DNA of 62,205 nucleotides, filler included, from Pirum gemmata (GCA_002812295.1; 25 parts of 25 records of this genome joined end to end with filler, not necessarily neighbours in it), one strand, 5' to 3'; positions 36,668 to 49,049 are shown, counted from the whole stretch's first letter. Notes: generated by a model from the sequence alone, not told the origin. Numbers and translations: made by a program.

Positions 36668-37102
36668 ATGGTAGAATACAAGTCTGTTGTAAAAAGTGTG
36701 GCTGACCCAGATGCCCCTTTAGAAGTGGTTTATCTGACTTCGGCGTTGAAGTATGGTCAATATTATTGGACCATCATTTCAAACGAAGTAGTGTATATAC
36801 CTAAATCGATGTATGGTATCTTAACAACTAAGTATCTAAGTGAAACAAATCCAGTTGTGAAGGGTGGATTCTATGGACCAATTGTTATGCGAATAGATAC
36901 AAACTATCAAGGAAGGACTGGGGATGACATAGGAACACTTAAGATCTATAAGTTATCAGATACTGACAAAGGGAGTTTAGGCATAATGGATATTATAAAC
37001 CTATTAAATTTCACTCTTACACATACATTTATGGGGATTCTGATATTACTCTCTGTCTTGATGATATTTGTTTATATATCACATGGTATCAAGAATTTTT
37101 AA
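36668..37102 (+). CDS. Intronless 144-aa protein with a C-terminal TM helix, unknown family
   Basis: Clean ATG-to-TAA ORF with non-repetitive composition and a C-terminal FMGILILLSVLMIFVYI segment. Confidence 0.6.
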   Translation: MVEYKSVVKSVADPDAPLEVVYLTSALKYGQYYWTIISNEVVYIPKSMYGILTTKYLSETNPVVKGGFYGPIVMRIDTNYQGRTGDDIGTLKIYKLSDTDKGSLGIMDIINLLNFTLTHTFMGILILLSVLMIFVYISHGIKNF

Positions 37103-37197
37103 AACCAACCCAAATAAACATAAAAATTTATTTTTCATAACCCATCCCAACACACCAAATACATAAATAACTCAAACCGTATCCCAACAATATTGAA

Positions 37198-37229
37198 CCA
37201 CAGGAGGCGAGCTTGCGAGCCGACCGTGG
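37198..37229 (+). other. 32-nt GC-rich hairpin with two tandem G.A mismatches and a CTTG loop
   Basis: CCACAG-GA-GGC-GA-GC-TT-GC-GA-GCC-GA-CCGTGG, read directly. Confidence 0.65.
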
Positions 37230-38558
37230 CATATCTCCCCAATCCTTCCAATTTCATTCATCTCAATACAACATAACACAGAGACTTTCCCTCATAGATT
37301 CAGTTAGAGTGATAGAAATTGGTAGATTGTAATTACGAAAGTAATAATACAAAATAATATAAAATATAATAGGAAATAGAAATTGGTATATTGTAATTAC
37401 GAAACTTAAACTTCACTATATTATTTAAAGTAATAATAAAATACAATATAATATTGATACATAGAGAGTGATAGAAATATAGAAGCTCTTTCGAAACTAA
37501 AGCTTCATTATAATATTTAAAGTAATAATACAAAATAATGTAAAATATAACAGGAAATACAATATATATATAAAATACAATATATTTTATAAAAAACAAT
37601 AACATATAAAATAACGTGATTGAAATGATGGGTGGGATGTGATTGTTTGTACTTTTAGTCTACTTCAGTTTGGAATATGTAATGTAATTTTTTTTACATT
37701 TTTTACCAATTTGTTCATTTCACAGTTTTTGTTCGATATTGTTATATAAGGGTGTCAGTTTGTCATCACCATTACCATCACCATTACCATCACCATTACC
37801 ATCACCATCACCATCACCATCAACAATAACAATAACAATAACAATAACAATAACAATAACAATAACAATAACAATAACAATAACAACAATAACAACAATA
37901 ACAACAATAACAATAATAACAATAATAACAATAACAACAATAACAACAATAGCAACAATAACAATAATAACAACAATAACAACAATAACAACAATAACAA
38001 CAATAACAACAATAACAACAAAATGCAGGCTAACGAAAACAAAAGTAAACAAGCTCGCAGTCTAATGACAGATTGAACTTCTCTACGATAATCTCTAATA
38101 ACAAGATTGCAATGGTGATCAATCTAATCTGATCACCAAAAATTACGAAGCTACTAGAGAGCGTCCAGCACTAACCCCTAACCCTAACCACTGACCACTG
38201 ACCCCTGACCCCAACCCTAACCCTAACCCTAACCCTAACCCTAACCGTCACGTTCCAGTGCTGCCAAACGATTTGACGACAATAAACAAATAAAGCAAGT
38301 GGAAATTGTTGGGAAATGCAATAATAATAACAGTGATGATAAAAACCAATAATACTTTCCACTATTATTATTATTATTATTATNNNNNNNNNNNNNNNNN
38401 NNNNNNNNNNNNNNNNNNNNNNNNNNNTTAATTAATTAANNNNNNNNNNNNNNNNNNNNNNNNNNNNNNNNNNNNNNNNNNNNATAATAATAATAACAAT
38501 AATACTAATAGGAATAGTAATAATTATTATTTGACATAAAGGAGAAATATCACTATAC

Positions 38559-39411
38559 CTTATTTCGATATCGTTGCTTTTCATATTCTTCACGTGCTAT
38601 ACTTTCAGAACTAAGATGTGAAATGTCAGTTTGAGCAAACGGTGTAGCTACAATGCAACCCTCGCTATACGCATTTATGTTTTTCTAATGAAGCGAAAGC
38701 AAAATGTCAGTGGTAATCAATTATGCTGAATATTACGATGAATATGATAATTATTATGATGATTATTATTATGATTACTATGGTAATTATTATGATGATT
38801 ATGATGATGATTATTATGATGATTATTATGGTGATTATTATGGTGATTATTATGATAATTATTATGATGATTATTATGATGATTATTATGATGATTATTA
38901 TGATGACTATATAATAATAATGACAACAATAATAATAATATAATGCAATAATAATTGTGGAAACAACAACCTTATCAACGGCTTGAGAGTGTTTACTTGA
39001 AGATTTCCGACGGAACAAACTTGACAAACTTTTATTGTCGGACAAAGGAGACCCTACATAAGCACAACCATAAACAATAACAATAACAAACAAACAAACA
39101 AACACATAAACAAACAAATAAATAAAAAACAAAACAAAACAAACAAAACAAAAGAAAAGAAAAAAATACAAAAAAAGCATTATTAATGAAAAGCGTGAAT
39201 AAGAAAATGATCATAAAAACCTCACTGAACCCTAGTTATCCTGCAAATTGATAAACCTACCAAAATATTGACATACAACTTCCAACTAAGCGAAAAACGA
39301 ATAAACAACAACCACAACTAAAAACTATACTAAAAAATATACAGCCATACCAAAACTATTGTGTCTTTTGTTTTTTCTTGTCGGGGAATTGATGGAGTCA
39401 GTGCGACCCAT
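38559..39411 (-). CDS. 5' part of an unknown gene; exons 39411-39351, 39053-38971, 38684-38559
   Basis: Phase-compatible GT-AG splicing gives MGRTDSINSPTRKNKRHNSFGSPLSDNKSLSSLFRRKSSSKHSQAVDKKNINAYSEGCIVATPFAQTDISHLSSESIAREEYEKQRYRNK. The MGxxxS start fits an N-myristoylation pattern. Confidence 0.6.
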
Positions 39412-40059
39412 TGTGAACACTTTTCCTTTTCTTGAGCTTTGCAATTTTTAACCTTGATTTAATTTTTTCGTTTATTTTTTTTTTACTTGCATATAACTAA
39501 TTACCAATAGTGAATTTTTCAAAAAAAGTTTTATGTAAAAATTGATAAATTTTACGTTGTTGGTTGTTGGAGGCAATCTATCTATCAATACTATCTATCA
39601 ATACCGATGTTTTTCGGAATAAATATCAATATCTTGAGGATAAAGAAAGCAGTGAAGGAGTTCGTTTTTTCTGGAGTTTTTTCTTTTTGGACCTTTTCTC
39701 AATTCTTTTCTCTTATGCATATAAATAAATGTTCTTCACAGTCTTCACAGTAGTTTTCACAGCCGTTCTTCAACAATTTTTTTTTTTTTTCTTTTTTTCT
39801 TCTCCAGTAGACTAGATATTATTGTAAATTACATTCTAGCATTATAGCTAGCTAGCTAGCTAGTAGTAGTGTAGTATAGATACATCATAATATTATGATA
39901 CATGATGTTATGATAATATTATTATGATACATCAGATATGTGATAGACTCTACAGACTTATGATAGTAGTACAGCTACAGTCTACAGCTACATGATAGCC
40001 CTGCGTCCCTTGGGAAATTGGGTGGGTGAATTTGGGGTAGACAGACGTAGATATTATTG

Positions 40060-40090
<31 letters not shown>

Positions 40091-42074
40091 TTGCAGGACA
40101 CATGCCGAGTTTTTAGCCTTTTTTGGACTTTTCTAATAAATTACTAGTGCCTTTTCGCACTCTTTTACACCAGTAACTGGCCCCGTCTGAGCTCTTTGTA
40201 CAGAGTGTGCAAAAAAAAAAAAGGAATGTCAGAATGGCAATAGGCCTAGAAAAAAAATTAGTAAAACTTATTCTTACTATTTTGGGAATCGATAGAATCG
40301 TAGAATCGATAGTGACATTTATAGTCATTCAGTGAACTGCCAATTTACTAATTTACTAATATTTTTTTTTTGTTGTAAATTAGCTTTACAACCTCAAAAA
40401 CTATATTTTTGTTTGCAATGACTACTAGACATTTTTGAACCTTGATATTCGTATAGGTTTATTACCTGGAGGGTTTATTATAAATTATTTTCTTTTTTTA
40501 CAAAAAAAAAAATAATTATTACGATATTGATATCGATATCATATAATACCTTTTTTAAAAAAAGTATCATCAATTATTTTAAGCTATCGCACAAATGAAC
40601 TTTTAATTGTTCATCAATATTTATTATTGCAATTGTTCATTATTATTTATTATTATTTATTATTATTTATATTATCATTTATTATTATTTATATTATCAT
40701 TTATTATTAATTGTTTATTGAAAATTTAATATTATTATTCATAATTATTATTTATTAATATTATTCATTATTATTTATAATATATTATATATNNNNNNNN
40801 NNNNNNNNNNNNNNNNNNNNNNNNNNNNNNNNNNNNTTAATTAATTAANNNNNNNNNNNNNNNNNNNNNNNNNNNNNNNNNNNNNNNNNNNNTTATTATT
40901 ATTATTATTATTAGTTGTTCCTGTTCTTGTTCTTGTGATTGTTAGTGTTATTACTGTTGGGTATTACAATTCATTATTCGTCAAACTTACGGCTGAGTAA
41001 TAATAATTAATATTGAGAAGAAAGAAAGAAAAAGAAAGAGAAAGGGTGTGTCATATCTTGTGGTAAAAACGATATTGTTACTTAAATTTTCAAATAAACA
41101 ATACCTGACAACAACCTTTTATTTATTTATTTCTATTCACGAGTTAGTTGTGTTCGGCTTTAGCTGTATGGGACTTTAAATGCTTTACTGATAGGAATGA
41201 ATAACCGGGTATTAATTAAATAATTGTTTTCTTGAGTATCTTATCAAACTTGAGAGCAGTGTAATGCTGGTAGTATCAGATTTTGATGTTGCGAATAGGA
41301 TTTTGAGTAATGGTAGCAAATATTTTTTTACGTGGTACAGCTTTACACCATAATAATAATAATAATAAAACTTATTTTGTTTGAATTTGAATTTAGACCT
41401 TTTTCTTTGATTCAAAGAGATTTGAAAGTTGCCATTTTTTTCTTGTTAAATCTGGGTACATTTAAAATGGTGGTAAAGTTGGTTACATGTTATTTATTGC
41501 TTTTTATCACTTTATCATTCATGTGAGCGATTAGTCAACCGGAGTGCAACAATAAAATATGATTTTGGTACTTTAGTGAAGAACTTTACAAGTGCTTTCC
41601 TGTCGTTACGAGTTGTTATGTCACAAAAGTTAAGCTTTTTTGACTATTTACTTCATGCTGTTTATATTGTGTGCTAATAGGAATGTTAATAAAAGTTAAT
41701 TTTTTTTGACTATTCACTTTATGCTGTTTATGGTATGTGCTGATGGGAATGTTAACTAAAATTTGGATATTTGCGTTTACCCGATAATAGTAAAGCCCTG
41801 TTAGACTTCTTTTATTGTTATGTTATGAATCCTAAGATATTTAGTGCAGTCTATTTTATAAAGGTAACACCAGCCATTTCACCAGATCCATACACCCAAC
41901 ACTAACACATATGATACGTTAAGTCATATTGTCGAGTTTGGTAATAGTATGACCTGTACTCATTTCACGTCATTCATGTTTGTCACTTTCAGTCTACTTT
42001 TGCTTTTCTACTTCTGGCTCACCTTTAGAATAAATAACACTCGCCCTTTAGATCGATGTCGGATAAACAACACT

Positions 42075-42513
42075 TTTGAAGGAAAATTATTGAGACCGAG
42101 GACGAGGAACCTCATACCTTTAAAAAGACTTGGTACGAAGCGAGGGCCACCTATCCCGGCATTGCACAGATGGACCCAGAATATCCATTGGAAATAAAAT
42201 GATGGACTGGGTGGGTGGTACACTATCGAAAAAATCGAACACCCTGCAACTAGCTAACAACAGGGAGGATGGCCTCACAAAGACCATAGATGTTCTTTTC
42301 GACCCTGATGTCCTTAGTGAGGCCATCCTCCCTGTTGTTAGCTAGTTGCAGGGTGTTCGATAGTGTACCACCCACCCAGCCCAGCATTTTATTTCCAATG
42401 GATTCTGGGTCCATCTGTGCAATGCGGGTATAGGTGGCCCTCGCTTCGTACCAAGTCTTTTTAAAGGTAGGAGGTTCCTCGTCCTTGGTCTCAATGATTT
42501 TCCTCTCTTCAAA
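42075..42513. repeat. Long inverted repeat (fold-back): arms ~42075-42278 and 42317-42513, ~38-nt partly paired loop
   Basis: The arms are reverse complements with a few substitutions and 4-, 2- and 9-nt indels. The innermost ~45 bp pair perfectly. Confidence 0.95.
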
Positions 42514-43046
42514 CATTGTAATAATGAGACGTTAAAATATGTAATAATAGCTTGGCCGTTTTTCTTTATCGAATATTGAACCTTAGTAGCTATTATGTAG
42601 TTATATGTATATAATCCAATTAACGTCTATATATAGTCACTCGTTATGATTGTATTGCAATATATTTAAAGTATGTTTATTATTAGTAAATAATAGTTGA
42701 TCTGTTTATAATTAATTCTTTTCCTCACACATCATCAAAGGAAACCAATCTTTTCAAAGTGTCTGAGTGTAACTATTGACATGACTAACTTTGCCCAAAT
42801 CTACAGGCCTCAAGCCCTTTCTTTACCTATTTCTTCTAAACCTGTTCCGAGCTTGATATGACGTAACCTCTCTAGAGCTCGAAACTCACCTCGAACACTC
42901 GAGCTGTGACAAGCAGTTTGTTTATTATTTATATATCATAATATAGACTATCAGATAGGTCTAGCTAGTCTCTCAGATAGTCTACATTTTATGATATGAT
43001 ATGATAGACTATCAGATACTAGCTAGCTAGAGACTATCACGATATG

Positions 43047-43189
43047 ATGATATTTATAATAAGGATTGGGGTTAGGGTTTAATAGGTTTAATAGGGTTGG
43101 GGTTAGGGTTAGTTAGGGTTAGGGTTAAGGTTAGGGTTAGGGTTAGGGTTAGGGTTAGTTAGGGTTAAGGTTAGGGTTAGGGTTAGGGT
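43047..43189 (+). repeat. (TTAGGG)n telomere-type tract at a contig end; similar tracts at 16851-16900, 24068-24145, 38171-38247, 55774-55797, 56735-56857
   Basis: Read directly. Confidence 0.85.
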
Positions 43190-43309
43190 NNNNNNNNNNN
43201 NNNNNNNNNNNNNNNNNNNNNNNNNNNNNNNNNTTAATTAATTAANNNNNNNNNNNNNNNNNNNNNNNNNNNNNNNNNNNNNNNNNNNNTACTACTAATA
43301 CTACTAATG

Positions 43310-43361
<52 letters not shown>

Positions 43362-43565
43362 CAAACAGCTACAAAAATCCTGGATTGCTATTCTCAATCC
43401 GGAATGATTAAATAGGCATTTACAGGCTTTAAACTGACAAGTTGTGACAACCCTTTCTTTTTTTTTTTTTCAATCATAAATTTAATGCATATATAAATAA
43501 GTACTAGTGGTTCGCAAAGAGGTTTTTTTTATTAAATACCACTAATACTACTAATGCTACTACTG

Positions 43566-43610
<45 letters not shown>

Positions 43611-43858
43611 AACGTCAGTTTAATTAAAGCCTGTAAATGCCTATTTAATTAATCATGACAACTACTCTACAGGGGAAGGGGAAGGGGAAGGGGAAGGAAT
43701 ATACCCTTACCTTTTTTTTTTCAATCATATGATAAATTTAATACATAAATAAGTGGTTCGCAAAGAGGTTTTTTTTATTAAAAATTAGTAGTATTTATAT
43801 TTATTTCATTTGTGTTGTATGACTTTGCGACAAAGTGTATAGCTATTTTCTTTAACCT

Positions 43859-45558
43859 TTATTGTTCGTATTTAGAAATGTCTTTAAATACATCCTGCTC
43901 ATCATCATTATCGAGTTTGTATTTACGGCAATAATGAAAATATTGTGGCGTTTGCGCAACACCATATTGGGTTGGCAGGGGGATCGGTTCACGCTGATAA
44001 ACACAATAAGTATGGCATTGATTGTATGTTTTCTTTCCTTTATTCTCCCAATTGTATTCTGGTGTTGGGCAACCGATACCTAAATAAATAAATAAATAAA
44101 GAGAAGTATATAAAGATATTGAGGAAATTGAAATGAGGTAAAATAATATAATATATTATATTATATTATCATATAAAAATAAAAATAGAAATAAAAATAA
44201 AAATGAAAATATAAAAATATAATAGAAAATCATACCGAAATGATACCAAGGACATTTTTTCTTATGGCCAATGTAAACTTTACATTCTCCTTTGTAGTCA
44301 ACATCATCGGCATTTCTCTCTATTCCTTTCTGTTGCAGTCTAAATCTAAAATGTCTTATATTTTTGAATAAATAACCAGTTTGTTTTGCCCTTCCTTTTA
44401 CGTAAGGTTGTATTTTAAGCAATGTTTTAACATCAGTAGTCTGAACCTTGTTTTCAAATTGAAATCTCACTTTATCTTTGGGGTATGACACTTCCTTACC
44501 ATCATCTTGTTTTACAAAAACATGAGAAGCATCCTCACCAACCACCCTTTCATGTTTACGATCTTTAATGCAAAAAATTTCGAAATGACCATCTTTCGCC
44601 GTTTGTATTTCTTGTATTCTCTTTTGTGTTGTAGGCTGAGCAACATGTGGTATGGATCTTTTAGCATTTTCAGTTGCCCAACTTTCCGGACGGAAATTGT
44701 CAGAATTTAAGCAAACTGAAAAACATACATCATGTAAGCGTTGTTGTGTATTTTTTTCAAAAATATCAGAATATTTGTCGCAATACGTTATATGCTCTCT
44801 CATAAACTGGCCAAGACTAGGATCGGTAAGTCGGTTGATTTTGCTTTGGCATTTAGAACATTGAGTGGTACGAAAATATTGATACATCTCATCACACGAT
44901 TTTTCATCTTCGCTAGTCATATCATCAAAATAATAAAACTTATAATTCCATTTCGCGTCTTCATAATCATTAATTCTTTTTGTGATAATCTCTGTGTTGT
45001 TGTACTTCACCCCCATACCTATCACACCGTGCTCATTTAAGCAGCTCTTTTCCTTTTCTTCATACATCTGATCAAAAATTTTCCATGAAGGTTGTGGTAT
45101 CAATTCCATAAAAACAGCCATAGCTGCATTCATCAAACCGCAGCCCATCCCTAAACCAACATTAATTGCTCCTGCAACTAAACAAACAAGGGGAGCTCCT
45201 ATAGCAGCATAAAATTTTGCTGTTTCTATTTCACAATCTCGCTTTTCCACACTTTGGATATTTCCTTCGGAATCTTTGCTTTTCTTACACACAGCATTTT
45301 TTTGTCCGTTTACATTCATGATAGTTACAGCATCAAGTATAATCCCACCGACAAACAAACCAACACCACCATACGCCATGACTAATTCAGCAGTACCTAT
45401 ACGCCCAAGCTTGAAAAGGGATCGAGCTCTACTTATACGTGCTAGTTCACCGTCAATCTCTTGACCAAGGCTTAAACGAAATTTGGATTTGAATTTTAAA
45501 TCTTTTTCTAATGAAGATGGGATTCTGTGTGGGTCTTCGTTAACAGAATTGCAAGTGC
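43859..45558 (-). CDS. 3' part of a large Cys-rich protein with two Gly/Ala-rich hydrophobic segments; exons 45558-44236 and 44079-43859
   Basis: The frame is open from an acceptor at 45559-45560. Donor TTCG|GTATGA joins acceptor TTTAG|GTATC in phase, giving ...KKCPWYHFGIGCPTPEYNWENK...DISKYEQ*. Confidence 0.8.
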
Positions 45559-45721
45559 CTTGTAATATAGATTAATTTTGTAATGTTAATGTTAATGCTA
45601 ATGTTAATATTAATGTTGTGNNNNNNNNNNNNNNNNNNNNNNNNNNNNNNNNNNNNNNNNNNNNTTAATTAATTAANNNNNNNNNNNNNNNNNNNNNNNN
45701 NNNNNNNNNNNNNNNNNNNNA

Positions 45722-45856
45722 TATACAAAAATTTTAGATCATTCTAAAAAATTATTAAAAGAAATTGAAATTGCGGAAAAAAACATTCAAGAAGAATTTC
45801 AAGAACTGAAAGAAAAATTAGAAAAATTAGAAAAATTAGAAAAATTAGAACGTTAA
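45722..45856 (+). CDS. 3' end of a coiled-coil ORF (YTKILDHSKKLLKEIEIAEKNIQEEFQELKEKLEKLEKLEKLER*)
   Basis: Open from the contig start to TAA; 50 bp upstream of the next ATG. Confidence 0.45.
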   Translation, partial: YTKILDHSKKLLKEIEIAEKNIQEEFQELKEKLEKLEKLEKLER

Positions 45857-45906
45857 AAATTTTTATTTAAGAAGAAAAATTGTGGATTACAAACGAAAAA
45901 TTCATA

Positions 45907-46197
45907 ATGAACGATTTTTCATTGATGGATTCAGTTTTACAATCTATTCAAGAAGCCGATCAAAAATCAAACGCGTATTTAGAATGTCAACACGTTCAAC
46001 CCGTAAATGAACGAAGTATTATAGTATGTGCTAATTGTGGTGAAGAAATAGGAGACGAAATATTTTCTGAAGTTGTTGAAACTGGTGTTAACAGTTTCAA
46101 AAACCAAAGTATGATACAGTATAAAGATTTAAAACGATATCAGAAAAGGAAAAAAAGGAAAAATACAGCTCGCCGTATATATATATATATAGTATAG
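45907..46197 (+). CDS. Zinc-ribbon protein fragment (CxH-x11-CxxCG, TFIIB-like N-terminus), apparently truncated
   Basis: MNDFSLMDSVLQSIQE...ECQHVQPVNERSIIVCANCGEEIGDEIFSE. The frame then runs into A-rich and (TATAG)n sequence. Confidence 0.55.
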   Translation: MNDFSLMDSVLQSIQEADQKSNAYLECQHVQPVNERSIIVCANCGEEIGDEIFSEVVETGVNSFKNQSMIQYKDLKRYQKRKKRKNTARRIYIYIV

Positions 46198-46946
46198 TAT
46201 AGTATAGTATAGTTAGTATAGTCTAGCTTAGTAGGGTTGTTCGGTTCTAGACTACAACCCTATTTTTTCTTGACTACCCTCTGAGTCTGGGAGACAAGGA
46301 AAGGATTTTAATTAAGGGTGATCAAGAAAAAAAATCCTTTTTAAATTTTTTGTAAATTCTACACCATTTTTCAAATTTTGTTGACCTCAATTCAAAGTAT
46401 CTTAAATAGTCTCAAATATAATTGGTTCAAAATTAGACCATTTTTTTTTTTAGGTCAAAAATGTATTTAAATAGGTATTTTACCACCATGTTTGTAATGT
46501 ACGTCAAAATGACGAAAGAATTCCCAAAAATAAAATAAAATCCCCTCTCAGATTAACGTTTTGTATCAAAATGACAAAATGTTTATTAGCGCCAAATTAT
46601 ATTGATAATTTGACTTCATATGCACAAAATTCCCACTTCTGAGTAAGGGAGAAATAGCCTGTAATACTTGTTAAAATTGCAAAGCATACAAATATTACGT
46701 CTTCACAATCCATTTTATTTTTATACTCAGATAGGTTTTTATAACACCAGAATCAGAACGTTATCATGTGTCTGCCCTATTAATACCCCCTACCAAATAC
46801 ACAGCACAGGTTCGCGGGTATCCACGGGGGGATTTTGCCTTTCCGCGCTTTTGAGGATTTTCTTATTAAGTTAAAATCAGCATGTTTACTGTTGTTTTCA
46901 AAACTTGTTCAAATGTTTCCTTTTATGGACTTATTTAGTCAAAATT

Positions 46947-47875
46947 TTAAACTTTTTCTTTATCTAAAATAACTGAGTCATTATGTAGTTTCGATCTGCG
47001 AGAGGCTAATCGTTTCTTTTGTCTTTCGGGTGTTGATGAATTTATTCCTTCTTTAGTTGGTGATTGCTTGATACTGTTCTGCTTAGCATCCATTGTAAGA
47101 TTTTTAGTGCTGCTACTATACTCCAAATCTTTCGACTTTTTGGTATTTTGTATTGTTTTTAATTTAACGTTAGGAGCCGATTTTATCTTTACTATGTGAA
47201 ATGCCTTGTCGTTATCATCATCATCAGAATGACTTTTTCTTCTTTTGATTTTCTTGCATTGGCGATGATGGTTTCGGTCTTCATCGTGATCGCTTGCAGC
47301 TTTGTCAATTTTTCGATAATCAATTTCTACATCATCACTGCTTTTACTGCAACTGAAATTAATAGCAGCATTTTCCAACCCTGATTGACTAGTACTTCTA
47401 ATAAAATCACTATTTCTGTTAGCATTTTTTATTTTCATTTTTTTTAAGCTATCAACTTTTTTACTGGGTGATTCTTCTTCTATCTTCTCGTCTATTAGAA
47501 GTTTTAATTTTTCAGACCCAAAAGTTAAATCTTCAATAGCTTGATTTCTAGCTGTACTTTCAGTTCGTATTTTATCAATAATATTATGCAAAGCTTTAAT
47601 TTCTTCTTCTTCCTCTTTTTTTATTTTTGTAAACTTCAACTCACGGCTATATCGTACAAACTTTTCAATAATGTACTTATGTTTTATAAACGCTGTTTTT
47701 TTTTTTATATTTTCAATTTCTTGGTTCAGCTCCAAGCGATCTTGTTTAGCCCATTGAAATATTAAAGTTCTTCTTCTAGCTAGTTTTTCTAATTCTAATT
47801 GCTGGGTATGCATTTTTTTAACTTTTTGCTTTAGCAACTTTACTTCGTGCTCTAAATCAGCCTCAGATTTGAATC
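46947..47875 (-). CDS. Last exon of an unknown Lys/Glu-rich coiled-coil protein
   Basis: ~930-nt open frame starting at a probable acceptor CAACAAG|GATTC downstream of intronic microsatellites. Confidence 0.7.
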
Positions 47876-47983
47876 CTTGTTGGTGTATTATAAATTTAAT
47901 AAAAAAATACATAAATCAATAAATAAATAAATAAATCACTCACTCACTCACTCACTCACTCACTCACTCACTCACTCACTCAC

Positions 47984-48027
<44 letters not shown>

Positions 48028-48207
48028 CCAACCAACCAACCAACCAACNNNNNNNNNNNNNNNNNNNNNNNNNNNNNNNNNNNNNNNNNNNNTTAATTAA
48101 TTAANNNNNNNNNNNNNNNNNNNNNNNNNNNNNNNNNNNNNNNNNNNNGGGTGGGCCAGAAAACGAACCCACCTTTTTAAAAAATTTAAAAAAAAAAAAA
48201 AACATAC

Positions 48208-49049
48208 ATAGTACCAGTAGCCTGAAAGTTTTGCTCAATAAATTTTTTTGAGCTATCCGAAAATACCAATGAGAAGTCTAGAAACCAACTATTCCAAAAA
48301 GAGGTGAATGTTTCGGCTAAAAAAGGAAAACAAAAGGGAATGAATATAAGTGAATATAATATAGTATTCGAATTCGTAATAGTAAAAGTGTATAACACTA
48401 TAAATATTAATTTTAATATTAATAGCCCGACCATAACATTAGTAATATAGCAATAATAAAATTTATTAATAGTAATTAACAAATTAAAGTTTCATTATCA
48501 TTATCATAATCATAATCATCTCCATTATCATTATCATTATCATCATGATATATATAATATACATATATATTTAAGAATGTAAATACTCATATTAACGTTT
48601 ATCAAATACGTTGTAAAAATACTTCTGACCAAGAACGTACCTTAACTGCCAATAATTCAGTTCATAATTAATACCGTTAATCACATTCCCGAAAACATTG
48701 ACTTTGGAAACCTTTTCTACAAACTGGTAATTAGTTTTTTGTGAACATGAATATTTGTGGCAGTTTGTGGCCATACAAGACTCGGTTATCTAGTATGTTA
48801 CAGTATATATATTATATATTATGTATATAAAGTCTTATATAATATATTATATAAATAATAACAATATTAATAACAATAATAATATATATATACTTTATAT
48901 AGTCTATAGTAATATTTATAGTAACAGTAACAGTAATAAAAAAATTAACAAATTTAAAATATTAATTTTGTTGGGTTGGGTGGGGGATGGTTTTTAACAG
49001 CCAAGCCGGATGATAAAACTGTAGAAATCATTCTTTTACTAAACTTCAT
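48208..49049 (-). CDS. 5' part of an unknown, possibly secreted protein; exons 49049-48999, 48789-48675, 48316-48208
   Basis: Phase-compatible join MKFSKRMISTVLSSGLA-ITESCMATNCHKYSCSQKTNYQFVEKVSKVNVFGNVIN-AETFTSFWNSWFLDFSLVF. The first donor (GTTAAA) is weak. Confidence 0.45.

Noticed and set aside
37333..37605. 90-aa hydrophobic ORF
   Set aside because: It is built from degenerate internal repeats of AT-rich sequence and is probably spurious.
41170..41950. Possible decayed LINE endonuclease on the minus strand (GSGEMAGVTFI...NRALLL)
   Set aside because: Too degenerate; no catalytic motifs (QET, GDFN, SDH) are visible.
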